Below, piece by piece: positions 50,656 to 59,524 of a stretch of 64,000 bases of DNA. The DNA comes from Minisyncoccota bacterium (GTDB taxonomy: Bacteria > Patescibacteriota > Minisyncoccia > Moranbacterales > UBA1568), in the NCBI GenBank assembly GCA_051306005.1, contig JBPPMJ010000006.1:91296-155295 (forward strand), read 5' to 3'. The notes under the pieces are model-generated. The model did not search any database, was not told the DNA's origin, and saw only the letters and a list, made by a program, of their open reading frames with translations. The position numbers were made by a program, and so were the translations under genes. Numbering within the stretch: the first letter of the stretch is position 1; each line of letters begins with the position of its first letter.

Positions 50656-53031
50656 TCACTCGGGAATCTTGAGCATAAGCAGTGCGTGGTTTGTTGCTAA
50701 AAAGATTGTATTCGTATTCTCATCAACCACAAATGACTGAATGGTATCAGTCGTACGCACAGGATATTGAGTAAAAAAAGTGCCATCAAGATTCCAAGCC
50801 CTCACTATATTATTGGTATCTAACGCATAGATATGCATGAGTTTGGGGGCAATATAAAGTTGTGTAATAGTAATAGGTGCAGAAATGACGAGCGTTGTTT
50901 GTGTACGACCGCGAGAAAAGGAATGGATTGATTGATCAAAGGCGAGGAAAAGAGCTTCATCTGTTGCCATTTTCGATGTTTCTGTGATAGAGATAGCTTC
51001 CTTGAGCCAAGCGGTTGGTGCGGAGAATCCACCTTCATTGCGGGGGAAGCGGTAGATTTGGTCGGTTTTGCTATCCAATACATAGAGATAGGTGAGATAG
51101 GTAGCTATGGATTGAACTTCAGTGTCAATTGGCAAGGGAAGAGTGTTGTTAGCGAATGTGTTGTTATTTGGACTCCAAGATAGTAATGTCTGTGTATCTG
51201 TGTAGAAAAAGAGAAGATCAAGGTCTGGCATAGGTGTGACCATAATTGGTATTCCTTTGTCGGCTGGAAATGGGAAATGTTTTTCATCAGGCATCCGAAT
51301 AATATCATTGTTGGTAATAATGTATGTTGTATCATTCAAGCGAGTGACAGCGACAATCTGCGTGTGAGTATCAATCGTTATGAGTTCCAGCGGTTGACTA
51401 TGAGTATCAGATACGAGATCTGCGGGCGTTGATTCGATAGGCGTTTGAGAAATATCATTGTCTGAAGATACTGTGGCAGATTTATCAGAATTGGCAAGTA
51501 TCCAGCCGATTACTATGAGGACGAGAATGAGTATACTTAATCCGATCAATATCTGGTATCGTTTTTTGGGATCCAATGTTTTCCATGCAGAGTAGAAAGA
51601 ATGCATGTCATACTTTATTTGGTGTATCCAGTGACGTGAAAAAGCGAGTAATTTTGTGGTGAATAGCTGAGTATCTATACGCATGCTGTTCCACACTTTG
51701 GTGAGGGGGAAATTTTTTATGAATACTGATTGCGTCTGTTTGTCGGTAGGTACGTTTTGTTTCGGACCATTCTTTTGATAAAAGGTCACAAGTTTTTCTT
51801 TTATGAAAGTATGTGTAATAGCATGAGTAGTGAGGTTGTCTAATTGTGTCGGTATGGGCATATCCTGTTCTTTGGGTAAAGATGGTGATATTGCCGTATT
51901 TTTTCTTGTTGTGGTTGATTGGGCGAGGGAAGAGGACCTTTGATGTATGATTTTTTGTATCCTTATAATGCCTTGTTTTTTCACGGATTTCAAAAATATG
52001 AGACTGGATTTTTTGCTTTTACGTAATATTTTTTTATAAGAACGAAGAAACTCTTGTAGCCATTGTCGATAATTTTGATAGCGCAAACTGAAATGTTCGA
52101 TCAATGGATGTGTTTTGGTTGGTATCTGTGTATCGCCCTGAATATAGATGTGTCCTGTTTGAGTATCAATATAATCATCAGATGTTGGGGAGGAGGATGT
52201 TTCGTGTGTTTGGGAAGTAGTGAGAGCCTTTGGTACGCGGTTATCTTCCGCAAAGGCCTGTTTGCTGAAAACATTTTTCACTCTATTGTGATGAGGTCTC
52301 GGAGGTACTGCTACTGGCATTTTTGGTTCGTTGATATCAATAGTAATGATACCAGCCATAGCTAATTCATTGGTCAAGGCGGTGTGTAAAAATCGAATAA
52401 AATGATCATTGGACATGCGAATGGCATTTTTTTCCAATACCTCAGGTGGCAGTACGGAAAATACTTCTGGTGAGGTAAGAATAATTTTGTCGGTCGCTAT
52501 GAGGCGGCCACTAGAAACCTCAACAAAAGTTTTGAGAGGATGGGTGGATGCTTCTTCAGAAGATAGACCTTGTCCAATATCTGAGAGTTGTTTATTGCGT
52601 AGTAAGAGGATAGACGCCTGTCCCGTAATAGAAAAATGAATATTGTTTTTTTCAATAATTCCCAAAACGCCATGCAATTTCCCAAGCCAGGCTACATTGC
52701 CACGTTTCACCAATTCCGCTAAAGCAACATTAATTTTATGGAGACTCGCTTCAAAACTTTCAATGGCACCCCGTCGCGGATTACTAAAATATTCTTTCTT
52801 GGCAACGGAAGCCAAAAAATTGACGATATATGCCATATCATCACCTTTTCCATTGATTGTAAAAATCCCCATCAATGTCCCGAGTGCGCTACCAGCGATA
52901 TTTTCACTACTGACGTGAAAGACATTAATAAAGAGTTTGGTGGTATGTTCGGTAGCGGATACGATTTCCGTTATCGATTTTTGTAGATTCGAAGACGTCT
53001 TCATTTTTTCGATTTGTTTTTTTTCGGACAT
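50656..53031 (-). CDS. Membrane protein with PP2C-like N-terminal domain and C-terminal beta-propeller
   Basis: N-terminal FEASLHKIN, ITGQASILLLR, SSGRLIATDKIILTS; TM ILIGLSILILVLIVIGWIL; C-terminal YLYVLDSKTDQIYRF / IYALD blade repeats. Confidence 0.65.
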   Translation of the reverse strand: MSEKKQIEKMKTSSNLQKSITEIVSATEHTTKLFINVFHVSSENIAGSALGTLMGIFTINGKGDDMAYIVNFLASVAKKEYFSNPRRGAIESFEASLHKINVALAELVKRGNVAWLGKLHGVLGIIEKNNIHFSITGQASILLLRNKQLSDIGQGLSSEEASTHPLKTFVEVSSGRLIATDKIILTSPEVFSVLPPEVLEKNAIRMSNDHFIRFLHTALTNELAMAGIITIDINEPKMPVAVPPRPHHNRVKNVFSKQAFAEDNRVPKALTTSQTHETSSSPTSDDYIDTQTGHIYIQGDTQIPTKTHPLIEHFSLRYQNYRQWLQEFLRSYKKILRKSKKSSLIFLKSVKKQGIIRIQKIIHQRSSSLAQSTTTRKNTAISPSLPKEQDMPIPTQLDNLTTHAITHTFIKEKLVTFYQKNGPKQNVPTDKQTQSVFIKNFPLTKVWNSMRIDTQLFTTKLLAFSRHWIHQIKYDMHSFYSAWKTLDPKKRYQILIGLSILILVLIVIGWILANSDKSATVSSDNDISQTPIESTPADLVSDTHSQPLELITIDTHTQIVAVTRLNDTTYIITNNDIIRMPDEKHFPFPADKGIPIMVTPMPDLDLLFFYTDTQTLLSWSPNNNTFANNTLPLPIDTEVQSIATYLTYLYVLDSKTDQIYRFPRNEGGFSAPTAWLKEAISITETSKMATDEALFLAFDQSIHSFSRGRTQTTLVISAPITITQLYIAPKLMHIYALDTNNIVRAWNLDGTFFTQYPVRTTDTIQSFVVDENTNTIFLATNHALLMLKIPE

Positions 53032-53183
53032 ATTCACTGAGTAGTATTTTTGGATGACAAAGGTGGCACAGAGCTGATGTAATCAGGAGACCAGACAATA
53101 CTTTGGTATTATACAAAAGAAAACAAGCCACACTTTTCTGATGTCAAAGTGGCATATGGATAAAATTATATCACAAATGTTTA

Positions 53184-53211
53184 AATAAAGCTCTTTATAG
53201 AGAGCTTTATT
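53184..53211. promoter_or_regulatory. 11-bp perfect inverted repeat, candidate operator
   Basis: aataaagctct-ttatag-agagctttatt between divergent genes. Confidence 0.5.
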
Positions 53212-53247
53212 AAGTGTATCAATCAGAAAGACTGCCAGACTGATTTT

Positions 53248-53276
53248 TTGACGTGCCAGACCATGTTCTGTATAAT
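53248..53276 (+). promoter_or_regulatory. Near-consensus sigma70 promoter
   Basis: TTGACG-17 nt-TATAAT. Confidence 0.75.
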
Positions 53277-53326
53277 GGTGAAAAAGAGGCTTTTTATAGT
53301 ATATTTTAATTTTTTTGTATTTCCTT

Positions 53327-53932
53327 ATGTCTCTTGCCACTTTTGACGTTTTGTTCGGATCGAAAGTACGCGCCCGTCTCATCCGTTTTTTCCTCGTAAA
53401 TCCAGGAGCAGAATTTTCTGCTCTGGAGGTAGCTGAAAAAACGCTTATTTCTCGTGTTGAAGTAACTCGTGAATTGACACGCCTCACCAAGATGAAATTA
53501 TTAATTGAACGCTCACGTAAAGGCAAAAAGTGTTTTATCGCCAATGAAGAATTTCCATTTTACACAGAATTAAAAAGTTTAGTCTCCAAACTCAATGTTC
53601 ATGCCCAATCGCAAGTGTTTCGCAAACTGAGGGTTATTGGAGAAGTTAAACTCATTTTAATTAGTGGATTGTTTTTGAATTATCCGAAAAGCAAGGTAGA
53701 TATGATCTTGGTGGTAAATAATGTTAACCGTACCAAGCTGAAGCACGCCATCGCTCATCTGGAGGCGGAAGTTGGCAGAGAAATTCGTTTTGTTTTAATG
53801 AACAGTGAGGAATTGCATTATCGTTTAAATATGCTGGATCGGTTTTTTATTGAATTTTTAGAGGGTCCATATGAAGGAGTTACCAACAAGGTACCTGAAT
53901 TGAAGCGTTTTATCGCTGGTCTCAAAAAATAG
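53327..53932 (+). CDS. Winged-HTH protein fused to a degenerate minimal nucleotidyltransferase domain
   Basis: LFGSKVRARLIRFF..NP, EVTRELTRL HTH; ISGLF...KVDMILV, LEAEVGREIRF. Confidence 0.75.
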   Translation: MSLATFDVLFGSKVRARLIRFFLVNPGAEFSALEVAEKTLISRVEVTRELTRLTKMKLLIERSRKGKKCFIANEEFPFYTELKSLVSKLNVHAQSQVFRKLRVIGEVKLILISGLFLNYPKSKVDMILVVNNVNRTKLKHAIAHLEAEVGREIRFVLMNSEELHYRLNMLDRFFIEFLEGPYEGVTNKVPELKRFIAGLKK

Positions 53933-54010
53933 AATAGCAAAGAAATGAAATGGTATGTCAAAAGGAGAGAAGGCGTATGTTGCAACGTTATCAGATAATA
54001 TACAGGGTGT

Positions 54011-55099
54011 ATGGTATCGTGGATTATTGTGGCATTTTTGGTACTAGTGGTCATATTTCTTTTCTGGCTGGCTTTTGTTTTTCGTATGCGCTTCTTTATC
54101 GCTCATCAAGGTGCGGTTGACTTGAAAGGCGATATTGATCATTTAAATAGACGTTTTGATGAGCGTTTGCAGGCGGTAACTGGAGCCTTTCAACAACAAC
54201 TGACCAGTTTTCAGCATACTTTGGATAACCGTTTGGCGGACAATGGGAAACGTTTGGATGAGCGCTTAGATGGTGCCGCTCGTTCCTATGCTGATATGCA
54301 ACGGAGTTTGGAACAAGTCCGTCACTCAAGTGATAAGATTTTTGAGGTCAGCAAAGAAGTAGCATCTTTGCAGGAGATTTTGACGGCGCCAAAGATACGT
54401 GGTGGTTTTGGTGAATTGATGTTGAAAGAGTTGTTGACACAGATGTTGCCCAAAGAAAATTTTGTTTTGCAATATTGTTTCCGTAGTGGTGAAGTAGTGG
54501 ATGCGATTATTAAATTACAGGGTGGTTTAGTGAGTGTGGATTCTAAATTTCCGTTAGAAAATTTTAAAAAGATTTTAGTGGCGCAATCAGATGGAGAGAA
54601 ACGCATTGCCCGAAAACAGTTTTATACAGACGTCAAGAAACACGTTGATGCCATTGCCAACAAATATATTGTGCCTGCGGAAAATACGCTGGATTTTGCC
54701 TTAATGTATATTCCTGCGGAAAATGTGTATTACGAGGTCATCATTAAAGATGATGATGATCAGGGTCTTTTGAGCTACCTGATGGATCGACATATCATTC
54801 CTGTTTCGCCAAATTCTTTCTATGCATATATGCGCACGATTCTTTTCGGACTACAAGGATTGCAGATTGAAAAACGGGCTAAGGAAATCATGGGTCAATT
54901 GGAGCGTCTTGCTAAGGAGCATGAAAAGTTTGAGAAGGAATTTGAAGTATTGGGGAGCCATATCAGTAATGCGCAAAAGAAATTTTCTGATGCTGAAAAG
55001 CGTCTGTACAAGGTAACTGACTCCTTAGAATTTACGCGTTTAGGTGAGGTAAAAAGTGATGTAGAGGATGTAGTACCAATGATACAGCCACTGCTCTGA
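54011..55099 (+). CDS. rmuC: DNA recombination protein RmuC
   Basis: N-terminal TM and coiled coil, RGGFGELML, VDSKFP, IANKYI, FALMYIPAE, SPNS. Confidence 0.93.
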   Translation: MVSWIIVAFLVLVVIFLFWLAFVFRMRFFIAHQGAVDLKGDIDHLNRRFDERLQAVTGAFQQQLTSFQHTLDNRLADNGKRLDERLDGAARSYADMQRSLEQVRHSSDKIFEVSKEVASLQEILTAPKIRGGFGELMLKELLTQMLPKENFVLQYCFRSGEVVDAIIKLQGGLVSVDSKFPLENFKKILVAQSDGEKRIARKQFYTDVKKHVDAIANKYIVPAENTLDFALMYIPAENVYYEVIIKDDDDQGLLSYLMDRHIIPVSPNSFYAYMRTILFGLQGLQIEKRAKEIMGQLERLAKEHEKFEKEFEVLGSHISNAQKKFSDAEKRLYKVTDSLEFTRLGEVKSDVEDVVPMIQPLL

Positions 55100-55117
55100 T
55101 ATAAAAACCTGCTTACT

Positions 55118-55522
55118 ATGAACATGAATTATCCGAGAGAAAAGCATTGGGATGCAGATGTTGCCAGATCGCATCGAGGAGTTTCTTTTTTCGACAACAC
55201 CATTGTTCGTGCTTTACTTGGCGTGAGCATTGTTTTGATATTAGGAGGTTTTTTGGTATTGGGATATATGATTCGTCCAAGTAACGGGCTTCTGGTATTA
55301 CATTATAATGTGTATTTTGGGGTGGATATCCAGGGCTTGTGGTGGCAAACGTTTGTTTTACCTGTTGGAAACGCACTTTTGTTTGGGGGACACTTGTTGC
55401 TGTCCTGGTATTTTTATGGAAGACATGAGCGGGTGGCATCATACTTGTTACTGCTGGGATCCAATTTTCTGAGTATTGGGACATTAATAGCGATTGGAAG
55501 TATTATTTTTATTAATTACTAA
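55118..55522 (+). CDS. Small 3-TM membrane protein
   Basis: LHYNVYFGVD motif between hydrophobic helices. Confidence 0.7.
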   Translation: MNMNYPREKHWDADVARSHRGVSFFDNTIVRALLGVSIVLILGGFLVLGYMIRPSNGLLVLHYNVYFGVDIQGLWWQTFVLPVGNALLFGGHLLLSWYFYGRHERVASYLLLLGSNFLSIGTLIAIGSIIFINY

Positions 55523-55551
55523 AATTTTATGTATTATACTGTATATATACT

Positions 55552-56595
55552 ATGAGAATTGACCTCTTTCTCCCGCCATTTCTTGTTGCCTTTTCTTTGA
55601 CAATAGGGTTAATTCTGCTTTTTTTGTTGACACCACTTTTCCAGCGTTCAATATGGCGAGTAGGCGAACGGCACATCAAGAAACATCGGCTGTCTCGTCT
55701 TGGAGGAACGGCCATACTGCTTTCTTTTATCTTTACCATGCTTTTTGACGCGCATCTGGTGATGACACGTGAATTGTACGGATTGTTGTTGGGAGGATTC
55801 TTTATTCTGGTCTTTGGTCTCTGGGATGATATCAGCGAGTTGGGATGGAGAGTACAAATTTTTTTTCAAACCGCCCTGTCTGCTCTCGTGTTTCTTTTTG
55901 GCACGCGTATTACGATGTTCTCCAATCCGTTTGGCGGAGTCTGGGTCTTACCTTACAATGAATGGGTTATTCCAGGGTTTCTTATAATTTTGTGTTGGTT
56001 ATTCTTGGTTATGAATGCCATGAATTGGCTTGATGGTATAGATGGTCTGTGCGGAGGGGTTTCTCTTATTACTTTGGTGACGATTTTTTTGTTGAGCCTC
56101 AAACCGGAAGTGTCTCAACCGCCGATTGCCATTCTCGCTATGATTGGCATAGGCACATCCCTTGGTTTTTTGGTATTCAACATGTATCCCGCTCGTATTT
56201 TGGCCGGTACGACAGGCTCCATGTTCTTGGGTTTTCTTATTGCTGTGCTCGCTATTATTGCCGGTACCAAGATTGCTACTGCTTTGTTGGTGTTGGCGCT
56301 ACCCATCACTGATGCCGTATTTGTGATTTGGCAACGTATGCGTGATGGTGTGCCAGTAGCACAAGCAGATAGGCGACATTTGCACTATAAGTTATTGGAA
56401 CGTGGGTGGTCAGAGCGTCATATTACTCAGTTTTTGCTTGCCATTACCGGTATCATTGCGATAATCGCTCTGAGCGTTCAGGGGCCGAATAAGTTTTTTG
56501 CTCTTATCTTTGTTTTTGCGAGCGTTTTCGCTTTGTTATTGTATGTAAATCAGCAGACAGTACCCTCTGGTGTTGGCACAATGAGAAAACATTGA
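55552..56595 (+). CDS. WecA/TagO/MraY-family undecaprenyl-phosphate GlcNAc-1-P transferase
   Basis: RLGG, GLWDD, NAMNWLDGIDGL, FNMYPARI, DRRHLHYKL. Confidence 0.92.
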   Translation: MRIDLFLPPFLVAFSLTIGLILLFLLTPLFQRSIWRVGERHIKKHRLSRLGGTAILLSFIFTMLFDAHLVMTRELYGLLLGGFFILVFGLWDDISELGWRVQIFFQTALSALVFLFGTRITMFSNPFGGVWVLPYNEWVIPGFLIILCWLFLVMNAMNWLDGIDGLCGGVSLITLVTIFLLSLKPEVSQPPIAILAMIGIGTSLGFLVFNMYPARILAGTTGSMFLGFLIAVLAIIAGTKIATALLVLALPITDAVFVIWQRMRDGVPVAQADRRHLHYKLLERGWSERHITQFLLAITGIIAIIALSVQGPNKFFALIFVFASVFALLLYVNQQTVPSGVGTMRKH

Positions 56596-57077
56596 GATAT
56601 GATGTGTATATGAGTGCTGTTGTCAGAAAATTTTTTTCGTGGAATATTCAAATTTTTGTTTTTACTGTTGTCGTGACAATCATATTTCTTTTTTGTTCTT
56701 TCAATGGGAGAATCTATCAAGAACAAAGTACAATGCATGTTCGCATTGGCGAAATATGGTACGTGCTTGAAAAGGCTGATACGGAGATATTACGTATTAA
56801 GGGACTCAGTCATCGTCAAGACATGTGCGATACCTGTGGAATGATTTTTCTTTTTGATACTCCAGGGCAGTATGCTTTTTGGATGAAAGATACGGCATTT
56901 TCATTGGATATTGCCTGGCTTATAGATGATACGGTGGTGTTTGTAGTCCATACGACTCAACCGTATACAGAGATGTTGATATGTCCACCGGTTTTAACAA
57001 ATCAAGTTATTGAGCTTAAGGCTGGTACCATGAATACTCTGAAAATTGGTGACAAGGTAGAATTGTCCCAAGAGTAA
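56592..57077 (+). CDS. DUF192 family protein
   Basis: KGLSHR, GMIFLF, FWMKDT.FSLDI, VIELKAG. Confidence 0.88.
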   Translation: MRYDVYMSAVVRKFFSWNIQIFVFTVVVTIIFLFCSFNGRIYQEQSTMHVRIGEIWYVLEKADTEILRIKGLSHRQDMCDTCGMIFLFDTPGQYAFWMKDTAFSLDIAWLIDDTVVFVVHTTQPYTEMLICPPVLTNQVIELKAGTMNTLKIGDKVELSQE

Positions 57078-57097
57078 TCTTTATAGTGTGAAGTTAG

Positions 57098-57135
57098 AAA
57101 CAATAAAACCCCGCCGTTGCGGGGTTTTATTGTTT
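57098..57135. terminator. Bidirectional terminator
   Basis: 17-bp perfect stem aaacaataaaaccccgc-cgtt-gcggggttttattgttt between convergent genes. Confidence 0.9.
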
Positions 57136-57174
57136 TCCGGAAAAAGAACAGTGATGCCTTGTGGTAAGAAACGC

Positions 57175-57774
57175 TTAGCGATAGGCGCTGACACGCGCGG
57201 AATATTTCTTCAGGTTTTGCAATTGCCGATCATTTAGGGTCTTGGATTTTTCAATACCTTGCTTGATAAGGTCTTTGGAAAATTCCAAAGATGTGTTCGT
57301 TGTTATCTTTTCTTGAAAATCTATATTTTTTCGTAAGTAATCTTCAATATAGACTTTGTGTTCGGCGGTGAGTGAGGAATCGGCATTCTTTTCGAGATAG
57401 TGAGCGAGTGCACGGCGTGCCAAATGAGTGGAGCCATTTCCGCGCTCAGCTTTTTCAATAAATGATACTTCTGTTTCTTGACTCAATTCTTCGGTGATGA
57501 CGATAGCATTCTTGACTTCGGTTTGAGGTGTGATGGATGACTTCATATCTGAAGAGGTTTCTTCGGGAGTGGAGTCACTGTTTTCACCTTTGACTTCGAG
57601 TAAGGTGCTGGTGTCTTCATCAACATCTCTTTGTGTTCGTTGAGAATATGAGTAGATACCAAAAGCGATTGCAGCAACAATGAAAACGCTGACGATAATA
57701 CGAAGATTTTCTTGAATCCAGACTTTCGTCTGATTAGTGGAAGCATCTTCGAACATAGGATCTTGTTGTTCCAT
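57175..57774 (-). CDS. Membrane-anchored hypothetical protein with LysM-like C-terminal domain (199 aa)
   Basis: SD AGAGGTGA before ATG 57774; TM IIVSVFIVAAIAFGIY; Ser/Thr/Glu linker; AERGNGSTHLARRAL. Confidence 0.7.
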   Translation of the reverse strand: MEQQDPMFEDASTNQTKVWIQENLRIIVSVFIVAAIAFGIYSYSQRTQRDVDEDTSTLLEVKGENSDSTPEETSSDMKSSITPQTEVKNAIVITEELSQETEVSFIEKAERGNGSTHLARRALAHYLEKNADSSLTAEHKVYIEDYLRKNIDFQEKITTNTSLEFSKDLIKQGIEKSKTLNDRQLQNLKKYSARVSAYR

Positions 57775-57898
57775 GATATTCACCTCTCTTTCTAGTGTAT
57801 GATTATGATTGTGAAAGTACTGCTTACGTTGAAGCCTTTCTGGCTCACCGAGGCTATCTTTTGTATCATTGACAAGCCATATCGACCCCTCTCCTTTT

Positions 57899-57927
57899 AT
57901 ACTACGTCTTTGAAAAAAGACTGTCAA
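57899..57927 (-). promoter_or_regulatory. Promoter for the 57774 gene
   Basis: Minus strand TTGACA-17 nt-TAGTAT. Confidence 0.6.
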
Positions 57928-58314
57928 CTAGGCAAAAGAACCATTTTTTGTTCTAATATCATTTCTTTTTTTCTGCTATTTTGATGTTTCCATTATACTC
58001 CGCATTCACTTTTTTTCGATGGAAGATAATTTTTTTTTCATGCTATAATTTTTTTTATCATTATTTTTTGAGATGCGAATGAATAATGTTGTTTCTGAAT
58101 AAAAATATTATTTTCTCTTTCACGTACTCTTGACAGATATTTTTTCTCTATGCATTTTATAAAAATCGTGTATAATAAATGATGTACGGAATGTATTTCG
58201 TATCACGCACAAAAATATTTGTCGTGTAAAAATAAAAAAATCTGCTCGATTGATGTGTTTGCATAAACTGATGCAACAGAAAAATCGAATGCAAGAAAGA
58301 AGGAGGTGAGTATT

Positions 58315-58467
58315 ATGGCAACCAAGAAAAAAGTTACCAAAAAACCAGTAGCTTCAAAAAAGAAGGTTACTAAAAAACCGATCAAAAAGATCGTGAAAAA
58401 AGTGGTAAAAAAGTTACCAAAAAAACCGATCAAAAAGATCGTGAAAAAAGTTACCAAAAAGCGTTAA
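58315..58467 (+). CDS. 50-aa lysine-rich histone-H1/HctA-like basic protein (not in ORF track)
   Basis: AGGAGGTGA SD at 58301-58309; MATKKKVTKKPVASKKKVTKKPIKKIVKKVVKKLPKKPIKKIVKKVTKKR; followed by terminator. Confidence 0.85.
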   Translation: MATKKKVTKKPVASKKKVTKKPIKKIVKKVVKKLPKKPIKKIVKKVTKKR

Positions 58468-58485
58468 TACGCTTTCGTACAGCTT

Positions 58486-58533
58486 TTATAAAAACAAAAC
58501 ATCCCGTTAATAAGGGATGTTTTGTTTTTATAA
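58486..58533. terminator. Bidirectional terminator
   Basis: 20-bp perfect stem ttataaaaacaaaacatccc / gggatgttttgtttttataa. Confidence 0.9.
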
Positions 58534-58544
58534 GTTAAGTTCTT

Positions 58545-59429
58545 TCAAAATTTATTGTGTATATGCATTTTGAGAATACGCATCATTCCAGCAAGATCTG
58601 GGTGAATAGTATAGGTCGCATCAGGAAAGTGTCGATGGATATAGGTAGTGAGCAAAGGGCATTGCTCTGGGCTTATTTCGAGCAATACGCATATGGATTG
58701 CCGTAAAGGACGTAGCTGTTGTAGAAGACGAAAGTAATGATCAAGACCGATCGGACCACTGACCAATGCGGTCGATGGTTCAAAGTTTTTTACATCATCT
58801 GCAGTTGATTGATATATTTTTTCAGAAAGATACGGAAGATTGGCAACTACAATAATGTCGTGTTTCGGTATCAGAAAGGGGAAGAGAGGTGTGAGGAGGT
58901 TGCCATGATGGAAAGTAATGGTGTGTTCTACATGGTGGCGTCGCGCATTTTCTTGTGCTTGAGTGATGGCATCAAGAGAAATATCAAGCGCGTGAAAAGA
59001 CAGTCCTTGAAAATTTGGTACCGTAGCGAGAGATATGATGATATTACCACTACCCGTACCGACATCCGCTATCAAAATGGTTGATTGTGTACCACGTGAC
59101 ATTTGTAGAGTCGAGATTTCTTGAAGAGCAAGATCGACCAAACATTCCGTTTCTGGTCGTGGAATAAGCGTATGACGATTAACTAAGAAAGTGCGCCCAT
59201 AAAATTCTTTGTGTCCAATAATCATGGCGACGGGTTCATGGGCCAATCGTCTTGTGAATAAATTTCGGCAGGCGGATTCGACTATCGTGTCCAGAGAATA
59301 CTCCGGATGCGCCAAAAGAAAAGTCTTTTCTTGATTGGTAACGTGTGCCAAGAGAATAAAAAAGTCTTCTGGTGCAATGTGCTGATCATTCGATGTCAAA
59401 AATTCTTTTTGTAATTCAGCGATAGTCAT
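58545..59429 (-). CDS. prmC: Release factor glutamine methyltransferase
   Basis: LIPRPETE, DVGTGSG, ANLPY; downstream of prfA. Confidence 0.95.
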   Translation of the reverse strand: MTIAELQKEFLTSNDQHIAPEDFFILLAHVTNQEKTFLLAHPEYSLDTIVESACRNLFTRRLAHEPVAMIIGHKEFYGRTFLVNRHTLIPRPETECLVDLALQEISTLQMSRGTQSTILIADVGTGSGNIIISLATVPNFQGLSFHALDISLDAITQAQENARRHHVEHTITFHHGNLLTPLFPFLIPKHDIIVVANLPYLSEKIYQSTADDVKNFEPSTALVSGPIGLDHYFRLLQQLRPLRQSICVLLEISPEQCPLLTTYIHRHFPDATYTIHPDLAGMMRILKMHIHNKF

Positions 59430-59524
59430 ACTATACAGTGTGCAGATGGTGGTGAATGACAGCTATGTAATCAAAACAACACTGCCTGGATTATATCAAG
59501 CAACCAGTATCACAATCTTTGTGC

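Noticed and set aside
57865-57895. Minus-strand ggggtcgatatggctt resembles a tmRNA 5' end
   Set aside because: Lacks the following CGAC, and no T-arm/CCA 3' end or tag ORF is seen; kept only as a candidate leader
57775-57927. 51-aa N-terminal extension in the 250-aa ORF call
   Set aside because: Its TTG start is the -35 box; an SD-supported ATG lies at 57774
58203-58457. 84-aa Phe-rich minus-strand ORF
   Set aside because: Antisense of the Lys-rich gene; the SD supports the + strand ORF
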